DNA from: Bdellovibrionales bacterium
GTDB lineage: Bacteria; Bdellovibrionota; Bdellovibrionia; Bdellovibrionales; JAMPXM01
Length of the DNA stretch: 64,000 bases
Direction: 5' to 3'
Assembly: GCA_043739185.1 (NCBI GenBank)
Contig: JAYUEN010000387.1
Coordinates: 27,518-91,517 of the forward strand
This document shows positions 1 through 8,454 of this stretch, piece by piece. Every line of letters starts with the position of its first letter. The first letter of the stretch is position 1. Below the pieces are notes generated by a model, which saw only the letters and a list, made by a program, of their open reading frames with translations, ran no database searches and was not told the origin of the DNA. A program made the translations under genes and the position numbers.

Positions 1-100
1 CCCTGAGAAAGAATACCGCAATGGCTGCAAAACGAGTCACGAAAAAGCGAATCGTGTCTCATCGCAAGTTTCAAAAACAAAAACCGGCCTCAGCTGTATA
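1..100 (+). CDS. 3' end of a CDS running in from the left edge (basic tail ...KRVTKKRIVSHRKFQKQKPASAV*)
   Basis: Frame 3 is open from the window start to TAG at 98-100 and is followed by a terminator. The frame choice is uncertain. Confidence 0.4.
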
Positions 101-120
101 GACGGGTTCTATGTTTTTTG

Positions 121-157
121 AAGGCGCAGCGAGACTGGACTCACGCTGCGCCTTTTT
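121..157 (+). terminator. Rho-independent terminator
   Basis: AAGGCGCAGCG-12 nt loop-CGCTGCGCCTT followed by T run. Confidence 0.8.
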
Positions 158-209
158 AATTTTCATGCAGACATTGAATTTGTACCTCTGAAATGCTATC
201 CCAAAAGCA

Positions 210-890
210 ATGAAGAAAATTTGGCTTTTGGTTAAATTATTTTTTAATCTAATTCGTGTATCTATATCGCCATCTCAAACGGGAGCCGTACTTGGCATCG
301 GCGAAAGTCTTTATGGGCTCGGCTTTGTCGATAAGATGAAAGAACGATTGGATTCTATTCCTGAATGCGTTCAAATTATGAATCAACGAAAACTTTTGGC
401 CCCTTTTGATCTTAAGGCATTGCAAAAGCTTCCCAATGGGAGCTTTGGGCGATGTTACGCTGATCATATGATTGGGCGAGGCTTGAGTCCTGATTTTTAT
501 AAACATATTAAAGTTACCAACGCGCAGACTTTTAGCATGATGAGGCTTCGACAGACACATGACCTTTGGCATGTCATTACCGGATTTGATACCTCCGTAA
601 CCGGCGAAATTGGCTTACAAGCATTTTACTATGCTCAATTGAGAACGCCCCTGGCCCCCATTCTCATTGGTGGAAGTCTGTTGACCGCAAGTATTAAAAA
701 TCGGGCTTCGCTGGTGAAAATTTTTGAAAGCATTGTTTCAGGTTGGCAATTGGGAATCCGAGCAAAATGTCTTTTTGCAGTAGATTGGGAAGCGAATTGG
801 CAGACGCCACTCAAACAATTTCAACAGGAGCTACTCGGAGAGGGTGCGATTTTGAATATGAACAATGGCAATGCGAGTATTTTGGTTTGA
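210..890 (+). CDS. Coq4-family protein
   Basis: LQKLPNGSFG and RLRQTHDLWHVITGFDTSVTGEIGLQAF (HDxxH...E metal motif). Confidence 0.85.
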   Translation: MKKIWLLVKLFFNLIRVSISPSQTGAVLGIGESLYGLGFVDKMKERLDSIPECVQIMNQRKLLAPFDLKALQKLPNGSFGRCYADHMIGRGLSPDFYKHIKVTNAQTFSMMRLRQTHDLWHVITGFDTSVTGEIGLQAFYYAQLRTPLAPILIGGSLLTASIKNRASLVKIFESIVSGWQLGIRAKCLFAVDWEANWQTPLKQFQQELLGEGAILNMNNGNASILV

Positions 891-1427
891 GCTTTGAAGT
901 TGAAGCTCATGACAACCTTCGAGTCTTAGGCTGTCTAGGACACATAGTTCGTAATTTCCGATCTTAAGGGATTCCGCGACGCAAACTATGAAGTGAATTC
1001 CATCTTCTAATTTTAATTTTGAATTCGACTTCTCAAGTCTTTCTATGCGCATGCTCGCAATGACCCATTTGGGATTGAAGATGAGGCCAAGATCGACCGC
1101 AGCATCTCCTTGCAACTCACAATGTACTTCTTCAATTCCTTCAAACTCAAAGATCGTAAATGCCTTTAGTAAATGTGAACTCTTTTTTGAGCCTTGAATC
1201 TTCAATTCAAGTGCGCCGCCTGAAATGACACTTAGGAGTCTCGAGTGTTCTGGGAAGATTGAAAATGCACCGCTTTCAGTGATGCGGGCGGAGCTTAGCC
1301 TCCATAAAAAATGAGAAGTCGTAAAGTCAGCTTCAGCGGGAAAGATCTCGATTTGAGATGTTGTTCCTTTGCCGTTTTTCCAGGGGCTTTGAAGGTATTG
1401 AGATTTTTTCATTAATTTCATAATCAC
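831..1427 (-). CDS. HutD/Ves-family cupin protein
   Basis: PWKNGKGTTSQI, WRLSSA, FSIFP motifs. Confidence 0.85.
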   Translation of the reverse strand: MIMKLMKKSQYLQSPWKNGKGTTSQIEIFPAEADFTTSHFLWRLSSARITESGAFSIFPEHSRLLSVISGGALELKIQGSKKSSHLLKAFTIFEFEGIEEVHCELQGDAAVDLGLIFNPKWVIASMRIERLEKSNSKLKLEDGIHFIVCVAESLKIGNYELCVLDSLRLEGCHELQLQSSNQNTRIAIVHIQNRTLSE

Positions 1428-2209
1428 GAATTCATTTCGACGGCTCTCATTGAAAGCGAACCCATTTGCATTTCTTCATAAATAAATTTCGGCTGATCCG
1501 ACTCATCACTTGCGCCTAATACATAAAGTAGGGGTAAATAATGCTCGAGCGTGGGTAAAGCCTGACGCCACAAGCTCTGATACCTTGGCACTTCATTAAA
1601 TAAGTGGCTCATGTTTTTATCGATAATTGCATTTTTGATGTGTTCATCAAACTCAAGTGCCCACGCAAAGGCTTTTGGATTTGGGCCCCAATCAATGGCG
1701 CGCAGATTATGAGTTATATTTCCACTTCCGATAATTAGGACCCCATCCTCGCGAATTGGCTTTAGATTTTTTGCCAATTCAAAATGCTCTTTAAGAGAGA
1801 GGTTTTGGTCCATGCTTAGTTGTAAGACCGGAATTTGGGCCTTTGGATATAAATGAATTAGAATAGACCAACTACCATGATCTAAGCCCCACTCTGGTGT
1901 GCTTTCTGCTGAATTTGCTTTGAGTAGTTGCGTGATTTGATCTGCCAATTCTAAATCTCCCGGAGCGGGATACTGAACTTGATAGAGTTCCTTTGGAAAT
2001 CCCCCAAAATCATGAATGGTCTTGGGTGAACTGCTCTTTAAAACCTTAGTACCTGGGGTTTCCCAATGAGCTGATATACACAAAATGGCCTCTGGCTTTG
2101 CGAGGCGCTCACCAGTTCGATTTAAAAAACGGCTAAAGTCATTTTGCGCAAGCGCATTCATGGGGGAGCCGTGGCCGAAAAATATGCAAGGCATTTTAGC
2201 TGATTTCAT
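1424..2209 (-). CDS. ygiD: 4,5-DOPA extradiol dioxygenase (LigB/YgiD family)
   Basis: FFGHGSPM, ISAHW, TIHDFGGFP, GLDHG, GSGNITHNL, PTLEHYLP. Confidence 0.9.
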   Translation of the reverse strand: MKSAKMPCIFFGHGSPMNALAQNDFSRFLNRTGERLAKPEAILCISAHWETPGTKVLKSSSPKTIHDFGGFPKELYQVQYPAPGDLELADQITQLLKANSAESTPEWGLDHGSWSILIHLYPKAQIPVLQLSMDQNLSLKEHFELAKNLKPIREDGVLIIGSGNITHNLRAIDWGPNPKAFAWALEFDEHIKNAIIDKNMSHLFNEVPRYQSLWRQALPTLEHYLPLLYVLGASDESDQPKFIYEEMQMGSLSMRAVEMNS

Positions 2210-2284
2210 ATCTCCTCCGAATTTCAGAAGGAGATTAAATTATGAATTGCGTTTTGTCTTGGCCGAAAACATCATACTTTGAAA

Positions 2285-2902
2285 TTATTTTCCATCTACT
2301 TCGATTTGAGCTTTGATGTCATCGTCTGACATATGATCTTCACAATCGCTTGCCTCGTGTACGGCTTCAAAGCGTGAGCCTCTGAGTGAAGAGACTTTGT
2401 TGCTTGCAACCTTCATTAAAACCATTTTGCCTTTTTGCAAATGGGCGCCAATCATTTGGCAAGCTGTTTTTGACATACAGGCTGTCTTTGGATGGGAGTC
2501 GTCACTTGAAACACTTTGAATGACGGGTTTGACTGGAGAGCCTGAACCGTCTTCATCATCTTCTGAATTGCAAACTGAAGCGGATACTGGTGGTTTATTG
2601 GCGCACATTTTATTACCAGATAAAGAAGAGCTGTTTGATAAAATATGCAGTTCATCCTGATCGTCGGATTCTTGCTCACCGATGCAGGTTAAGACACAAA
2701 TTCCTTGATCAGAAGGAGGCGCTACAATTGGCGTGCTCCCAGGTGAGCCAGGTGAAGTTCCTGTACCTGTAACTCCGCCTTGAACAAGGGATTTACTGCT
2801 TATAGACGCAAAATTGACTTGTGAGCAGTTTTGGAACATTGAAAGCAGAGCAATGGCTGAGCCTGCCGCAACGAAGATACGAGTTAATCCTGTCAATTTC
2901 AT
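2285..2902 (-). CDS. Hypothetical Cys-containing lipoprotein
   Basis: Signal peptide ending in FQNC lipobox, G/S/P/T linker, several cysteines, upstream GGGGG RBS-like run. Confidence 0.7.
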   Translation of the reverse strand: MKLTGLTRIFVAAGSAIALLSMFQNCSQVNFASISSKSLVQGGVTGTGTSPGSPGSTPIVAPPSDQGICVLTCIGEQESDDQDELHILSNSSSLSGNKMCANKPPVSASVCNSEDDEDGSGSPVKPVIQSVSSDDSHPKTACMSKTACQMIGAHLQKGKMVLMKVASNKVSSLRGSRFEAVHEASDCEDHMSDDDIKAQIEVDGK

Positions 2903-2935
2903 TCTGGACCCCCTTGAACTAGTAAGGATCTAAAA

Positions 2936-2951
2936 TGCAGGATTGAATCCA
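2936..2951 (-). promoter_or_regulatory. Putative sigma-54 -24/-12 promoter
   Basis: TGGATTCAATCCTGCA (GG-N10-GC), ~35 nt upstream of ATG 2902. Confidence 0.5.
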
Positions 2952-3039
2952 AGCCCTCTGCTATTTGGTGAAGTTGAACTTAGATCAGTGCATAAAGATT
3001 TCGAATCTGAAAATACTTTCGACAATCCCTTGGGTTTTT

Positions 3040-3052
3040 TCTCAAAATGAGA
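3040..3052. promoter_or_regulatory. Palindromic site TCTCA-N3-TGAGA, candidate activator-binding site
   Basis: TCTCAAAATGAGA; identical copy at 22028-22040, variant at 39980-39992; all three intergenic. Confidence 0.5.
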
Positions 3053-3058
3053 TTTATT

Positions 3059-4171
3059 CTAGTTTTTTAAATAAAGGACGGCATTTTCTGCGGGAGACAA
3101 TTCAGGGTCTGATATATGTTTAAAGGCCTCTTCGAGCTGTCCGCTTCTAAATGCACTAATAATTGCGGGATCAATATAAGAATTAAGAGCAACTGACGGC
3201 GTATTGTGAAGGCGCTCAGAGGCCTTTACAGCTGCGAGCTTTATGGCCTCATCTTGATTAGGCTCCTCTTGTGGGCCAAGAGAATGTAGCGTTTCAACGG
3301 CTTGAGTCGTTCCGACCCAAGTGCGAAAATCCTTGGCAGAGAATTGCGTTCCAATATGGTTTTTAATGTACTGATTAACCTCAGGTGCTTTTACGTCAAA
3401 CAGCCTTTCATCCGATCCTTTGGTGCTAACTTGGCCCTTCAAAACGCGGGCAATTGCTTTGTCATCGACGATGATATCTTGGGGAATTCCCTCTTTGGCA
3501 ATGAATTGAAAGCGCACTTTGGCTCCGCGAATTTGAACATGGTCCGCGCGCAAAGTTGTTAACCCAAAGGAAGGAAATTCGCCTTGGGCGTATTTTTCTC
3601 CGCCAATGCGAATTCCGCCAACTTCAAGCAATCGAACGACCGCTGCAATTTGTGAGTCCTGAAAACGCGCTGAACCTTGCAAATCTCGAGAAACAGCAAT
3701 TCGTAGTTTTGAAATAGCCTCTCCAAATTCCTTCATTCTCTCAAATTTAGCGGCGGCAAGTACCTTTTCATTCCAGTCCTCATGGTATCGATATTGTGCG
3801 CGAGCACGGCTATCTAGGGCCCTTGCCTGAATATGGGCAAGCGGGTCTTGAGCAATCCAAACTTGCGAATATCCGGGTGGAATTTTCAGTTCATTGATTC
3901 GTCTCAGGGTACTTGGATCTTGAACCACTTCACCTTGGTCAGTTTTATAAATAAAACTAACTTTATCTTCGGGCTTCGGCTGAGCAGCATTTTCGCGAAT
4001 ATAGCCTTTCCCGGGTGTCAACGAGTAGTGTAGACCTGAGGCCAAAGCCAATTGAACTGAGATCTCATGTTTGCTTAGGCTTTTAAATAGTGAAAGACAA
4101 GCGACGGGTGAGGCGAAACTCACCTGGCCAGAAAACACTAAGAGAAGGCTTAGAAATAAAAAACTTCGCAT
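3059..4171 (-). CDS. Bacterial type IB DNA topoisomerase with N-terminal signal peptide (start re-assigned to ATG 4171)
   Basis: IPPGYSQVWI, HIQARALDSRARAQYRYH, GIRIG, FIAKEG, SAKDFRTW, LHNTPSVALNSYIDP (catalytic Tyr). The longer ORF overlaps dbpA; Met94 begins a signal peptide. Confidence 0.9.
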   Translation of the reverse strand: MRSFLFLSLLLVFSGQVSFASPVACLSLFKSLSKHEISVQLALASGLHYSLTPGKGYIRENAAQPKPEDKVSFIYKTDQGEVVQDPSTLRRINELKIPPGYSQVWIAQDPLAHIQARALDSRARAQYRYHEDWNEKVLAAAKFERMKEFGEAISKLRIAVSRDLQGSARFQDSQIAAVVRLLEVGGIRIGGEKYAQGEFPSFGLTTLRADHVQIRGAKVRFQFIAKEGIPQDIIVDDKAIARVLKGQVSTKGSDERLFDVKAPEVNQYIKNHIGTQFSAKDFRTWVGTTQAVETLHSLGPQEEPNQDEAIKLAAVKASERLHNTPSVALNSYIDPAIISAFRSGQLEEAFKHISDPELSPAENAVLYLKN

Positions 4172-4184
4172 GATAAAGCCTGTT

Positions 4185-4200
4185 TGCGATCTCGATGCCA
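4185..4200 (-). promoter_or_regulatory. Putative sigma-54 promoter for topoisomerase IB
   Basis: TGGCATCGAGATCGCA (GG-N10-GC) just upstream of ATG 4171. Confidence 0.55.
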
Positions 4201-4370
4201 AAGGAGAGTTAAAATCGGAATCATTATAAAGCAGCGCAGGCCCCCTCGGCTTAAATTTAACTTTTTGTGTGACAAAATTCGTCGCTTGCAAAGATATTTT
4301 TTTCAATTTGGGTTTGCCTCTTCCCAGGTGCCTTTGGTCTTGATAATGATGAGAGTCAAAGAGGCAAACA

Positions 4371-5762
4371 TTGAATTCATCCCTATTTAGTTCCCTTCCT
4401 ATATCTGAAAAAATTTTGAAAGTAGTAGAGGAATTGGGATTTAAAGCCATGACTCCAATTCAAGAGCAGGCTCTGCCAATTTTACTCAGCGGACGCGATC
4501 TCATTGGTCAATCGAAAACAGGAAGTGGCAAGACCGCTGCTTTTGCGATACCGATTTTGCAAAAAATCGATCTTTCAAATCGCAGTCTTCAGGCAATTGT
4601 TATTTGTCCTACCAGAGAATTGAGTACGCAAGTGACGGGTGAATTTCGCAAGCTTGCCCGTAAGTTAGAGGGGCTTCAGGTTTTGAATTTATCGGGTGGA
4701 CAGCCCGCAAGACCGCAAATCGATGCGCTTCGTTTGGGAATTCATATTGCGGTAGGAACTTCAGGTCGAATTCTCGATCTACTCGATCGTAGAGAGCTGG
4801 ATTTTAGGAGCCTTAAAACATTGGTTTTAGATGAAGCGGATAAGCTTCTTGAATTGGGTTTTCAGGATGAAATCTCTGCAATTCTAGAGGCTCCAACGGC
4901 AAAGCGACAGACGCTTTTTATCTCAGCAACTTTTCCGGATGAGATAAAAAGCTTGAGCCTGCAATACCAAAAAAACCCTGTTCATCTTCGCATTGAGGAG
5001 GCGCTTGAAGGCGCAAATCTGATTGAAGAAATTGCCTATGAAGTGGGTGAAGAAGAAAAGTCAGACTTGCTATTACGAGTCTTGCAGCAACATCCCGCAA
5101 AGTCCGTACTTATTTTTTGCAATCAAAAGACCACAGTCGATGAGTTGATTCATTTAATAGAAAAAGACGAAGTGAGTTGTGCGGCATTGCATGGCAATTT
5201 AGAACAACGCGATCGACAACTAGTGATGGCGATGTTTCGTAATGGCAGTTATCGAATTTTAGTGGCGACAGATGTTGCGGCTCGAGGAATTGACATTGAT
5301 CACCTAGATTTGGTGATCAATTATGATTTTCCGATGAATGCAGAGGTTTATATACATCGAATTGGGCGAACCGGAAGGGCGGGTCGCGAGGGCGTTGCCG
5401 TCACCTTGGTAAAGCAGAATGAAGACTTGAAATTATTTGAAATTGAAAAATCTCGAGACAAACGACTCAGTCGTCCCAACTTGGGTTTCAAAAACCAACA
5501 TGGCTTAAGTTCCTACTATCGCGAATCGTCAATGAAAACCCTTTGGATTTCGGGTGGTCGTAAAGACAAGCTAAGACCAGGAGATATTTTAGGGGCCCTG
5601 ACAAGAGAAGGTGCGGGTTTGAAATCTTCAGAAATTGGCAAGATTGATGTCTTTGATAATATGTCCCTCGTGGCAATTGCCAGTAAAGAAGCCGGCCGAG
5701 CATTTGAAGAATTGCGTGTAGGTAAAATTAAGGGCCGAAAATTTCAAGTGCGTTTGATATGA
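4371..5762 (+). CDS. dbpA: ATP-dependent DEAD-box RNA helicase DbpA
   Basis: Q motif, TGSGKT, PTREL, DEAD, SAT, HRIGRTGR, C-terminal GGRKDKLRPGDILGAL RNA-binding domain; TTG start. Confidence 0.93.
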   Translation: MNSSLFSSLPISEKILKVVEELGFKAMTPIQEQALPILLSGRDLIGQSKTGSGKTAAFAIPILQKIDLSNRSLQAIVICPTRELSTQVTGEFRKLARKLEGLQVLNLSGGQPARPQIDALRLGIHIAVGTSGRILDLLDRRELDFRSLKTLVLDEADKLLELGFQDEISAILEAPTAKRQTLFISATFPDEIKSLSLQYQKNPVHLRIEEALEGANLIEEIAYEVGEEEKSDLLLRVLQQHPAKSVLIFCNQKTTVDELIHLIEKDEVSCAALHGNLEQRDRQLVMAMFRNGSYRILVATDVAARGIDIDHLDLVINYDFPMNAEVYIHRIGRTGRAGREGVAVTLVKQNEDLKLFEIEKSRDKRLSRPNLGFKNQHGLSSYYRESSMKTLWISGGRKDKLRPGDILGALTREGAGLKSSEIGKIDVFDNMSLVAIASKEAGRAFEELRVGKIKGRKFQVRLI

Positions 5763-6274
5763 GAATTGCAGTGGTCGGAAACGCTGCTGGCGGAAAAACA
5801 AAATTAAGTCGAAAATTAGGTGAGCGTTATTCGATTGGTGTAACCCATATTGATTCTATTCAATTCTTGCCAGGAATGATCATCCGTCCTCACGCAGAAA
5901 CTATTAAAACACTTAGGACGGTTGCTCTTAAGCAGAGTTGGATCATTGATGGTTATGGCCCTCTAGATATTATCGAAGAAAGATTTCTGATTGCGGACCA
6001 TATCATATTTATTGATCTCCCGGTGTGGCGCCATTTACTTTGGGCAGTGAAGCGCCAATTCGAAAATATTTTCAAAAAAAGAGCCGAGCTTCCCGAGAAT
6101 TGCAATGAACAAAAATTTTCTCATTTTAAAAAATTGTTGAAAAGCATTTGGGTTGCTCATCAAAAAATGCGACCTGAACTATTAAAGATCTTCAATCGAG
6201 AGCATCTGTTGCCAAAGCTGATCTGGGTTCGGAGCCTCAGTGATCTGAAAAAATTGTCCGAATCAGGAATCTAA
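5759..6274 (+). CDS. P-loop kinase-like protein (adenylate kinase-related / topology-modulation FlaR family)
   Basis: GNAAGGKT P-loop, HIDSI, WIIDGY, ADHIIFID. Confidence 0.8.
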   Translation: MRIAVVGNAAGGKTKLSRKLGERYSIGVTHIDSIQFLPGMIIRPHAETIKTLRTVALKQSWIIDGYGPLDIIEERFLIADHIIFIDLPVWRHLLWAVKRQFENIFKKRAELPENCNEQKFSHFKKLLKSIWVAHQKMRPELLKIFNREHLLPKLIWVRSLSDLKKLSESGI

Positions 6275-7024
6275 TTCTAGCTCTAACTGACGCTTTACCA
6301 AGCGCCTTAATTCTCTCTTTTGGGCCTCTGAAGTATTCAAAAACTTGAGTCCGACGCCGGGTGGATAATCGCCAAATTGTTTTTGACTGACCCGGATGAC
6401 TTGGGCCTGGCAGCGAAGCGTCTGCAATTGATCAAGTTTCAAATTGATTTCGAGTCTATCTAGTTCTTCAAACTCATCCATAATCTGATTGAGCGAATTG
6501 AATGTTAAGAAAACACCGGTATCAGATAGGTCAAAGGTAATGGCTCTTAGATGCTGATTTTTCGTTTCAATTTGTGCGGGAATCAAAAGCTCCGCTCTCG
6601 GGGATCGAGTCCACCAATGAAGCTTCGAGTTCTCTATTAGTTTCATTTGGCTTGGATGCAGAATCGGCACAAATATCGAAACCAGCGCCACACTGGCAAT
6701 TGTGGTTTCAAAAAATGAATAGTCAAGTGAGTCGAGGCCGACGAGCAGATTATTGAAAATACCCAACAAAGCAAAAGCCGGAATTGAGATTTTGAGTTGA
6801 GGATGAACTATAAAAGTTTGAATCGAAACGATGATTCCGGCTCCCATAAAGAGCAGATTATTCCAGGGCAATTGCTCGAAGGCTAAATTCATATCTCTTA
6901 GCGGATGTTCATAAAGCCACATCACTTGCGCCGGAATGCCAAGAATCAAGAGTAAAATAAGTGCACTCAATAAGTTAAAATAGATTGGCTTTTTATTCAT
7001 GAATCTCCTCACTGAAGCGATCAC
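6263..7024 (-). CDS. Membrane protein with C-terminal PilZ domain
   Basis: Four hydrophobic segments, then RSPR...DLSDTGVF...GVGLKF. Confidence 0.8.
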   Translation of the reverse strand: MIASVRRFMNKKPIYFNLLSALILLLILGIPAQVMWLYEHPLRDMNLAFEQLPWNNLLFMGAGIIVSIQTFIVHPQLKISIPAFALLGIFNNLLVGLDSLDYSFFETTIASVALVSIFVPILHPSQMKLIENSKLHWWTRSPRAELLIPAQIETKNQHLRAITFDLSDTGVFLTFNSLNQIMDEFEELDRLEINLKLDQLQTLRCQAQVIRVSQKQFGDYPPGVGLKFLNTSEAQKRELRRLVKRQLELELDS

Positions 7025-8162
7025 AAAAACTCATCACGCGATTGACATATTTTCTGGCGGCGTCTAATCCGGCGCCACGCTTGAGCCAATCATGATGATT
7101 CTGTTCAATTGCTTGAGAGACTCTGTAGGGACCCGAATTGTAACTTGCAAGCACGACGCGGCTGGTGTCTTGTTCTAAATTCGAAAAGTGAGCTTGTAAG
7201 AGTCCCGCCTTATCTGACCGACTCCAGTAAGACTCAAGCTGTCGAATATAAGTTGAGCCGCCATTAATAGAATACTCGGGATTGAGTCGCCATTCGTTAG
7301 TAGAGTTGAGTTGACCTTGTTGAAGCATGAATTTTATATATCCAAGTGGTAATTCATTTAAACCGGGATAGCGCGGCCAATTGCTATGAACTTTTAGTAT
7401 TTCTTGCTCTCCGATGGGCGTGATTTGGGTGAGTCCCATAGCTCGCGAATAACTGAAGGCATTGTTTTGAAAGCCGGACTCTTGAGCAATAAGCCCCGCC
7501 AGCAAAAAGGGATTGATTTCGTTTGCTTCGGCGAAGGCATTTATAAATTTCAATGTATTGGGCTCGACATCAAAATCCTCTATGAATGTTAAAGCTTTAT
7601 TTGCCTTCAAATTACATTTTGGTTTTTGATACTCGGCCGCAATCATGGGAGTGCTGTTGTTTCTTTGATAAGAAACAACAATTTCTCCATCGAGGTCCGA
7701 ACGCAGTCGTACCACTGGCATTTTCAATTTGAGCCAGCGATTTTGTCTCGGCTCCCATTCAATAATAGAGTGCTGAATGAAATGGCGAGTGACATCCCGT
7801 CGATCAAAATAAATCTTCAGTTGATAATCTTCTGGGATACCTTCGTCATCTGAAATGGTAATTTCAAGCGAAGATTTCTTATGCAAGATTTGCCGGTTCG
7901 GAAAAAAACTAATTTGCCGATTGATTGCAAGATGCTCATTGCTTCCGATCAATGCGCGAATAGAGACATTGAGCTTGTTTGCAAAAAGGGTGGCGGGCCC
8001 CAGAGGTGAGGTGGGTCCTGCGCAGCCTATGATCCCCGGAAATAGCATCCAAGCCATTGGGAAGAATTTCGGAAGATAGCTCATCTGTACATTTTGCTGC
8101 ATATCTTTGGAGATTGATAATGAATCCCTTTTTGAAGCGCAAATTTTGTGGGGGTGTTTCAA
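6993..8162 (-). CDS. Lytic transglycosylase (SLT domain), probable lipoprotein; true start probably downstream of 8162
   Basis: IAQESGF, AMGLTQI, LASYNSG, YVNRV; lipobox-like IIGC. Confidence 0.85.
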   Translation of the reverse strand: MKHPHKICASKRDSLSISKDMQQNVQMSYLPKFFPMAWMLFPGIIGCAGPTSPLGPATLFANKLNVSIRALIGSNEHLAINRQISFFPNRQILHKKSSLEITISDDEGIPEDYQLKIYFDRRDVTRHFIQHSIIEWEPRQNRWLKLKMPVVRLRSDLDGEIVVSYQRNNSTPMIAAEYQKPKCNLKANKALTFIEDFDVEPNTLKFINAFAEANEINPFLLAGLIAQESGFQNNAFSYSRAMGLTQITPIGEQEILKVHSNWPRYPGLNELPLGYIKFMLQQGQLNSTNEWRLNPEYSINGGSTYIRQLESYWSRSDKAGLLQAHFSNLEQDTSRVVLASYNSGPYRVSQAIEQNHHDWLKRGAGLDAARKYVNRVMSFCDRFSEEIHE

Positions 8163-8240
8163 TCTAGAAAAATGTTTGAAAAAGTGCTTAATCTTTTTTC
8201 ATGCGAGATTCATTGGGTTGGGATGCTCTTGGGAGTGGTA

Positions 8241-8264
8241 CAGTTTTAACGGCAGCCGCCGCGG
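8241..8264 (-). repeat. Dispersed intergenic repeat, copy 1 (core only)
   Basis: CAGTTTTAACGGCAGCCGCCGCGG matches the core of the copies at 22095, 24468 and 53641. Confidence 0.65.
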
Positions 8265-8318
8265 TAAGTTTTGCAGCTTCGGCAGAGCGCCTACGAGACT
8301 GCATTTTGGCAAAAGCAC

Positions 8319-8334
8319 AGGCACAGGCTTTGCT
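8319..8334 (+). promoter_or_regulatory. Putative sigma-54 promoter for the C1B peptidase
   Basis: AGGCACAGGCTTTGCT (GG-N10-GC, near consensus). Confidence 0.65.
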
Positions 8335-8454
8335 CAGGTAGCTCTCGACCCATAAAAAAACTGTGTAACTTCGTTACAGATCTTGAATTAAGTGACAATT
8401 CTTGACATCGAAGCTGCGCAATTTGGGTCTAAAATCAATTGGAGGACTTTCCGT

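Noticed and set aside
210..890. Coq4-like gene as evidence of eukaryotic origin or a ubiquinone cluster
   Set aside because: Coq4-family proteins are common in bacteria, and no other ubi genes are adjacent.
4172..4450. 93-codon N-terminal extension of the topoisomerase ORF
   Set aside because: It overlaps dbpA head-to-head, has no recognisable domain, and spans the putative promoter.
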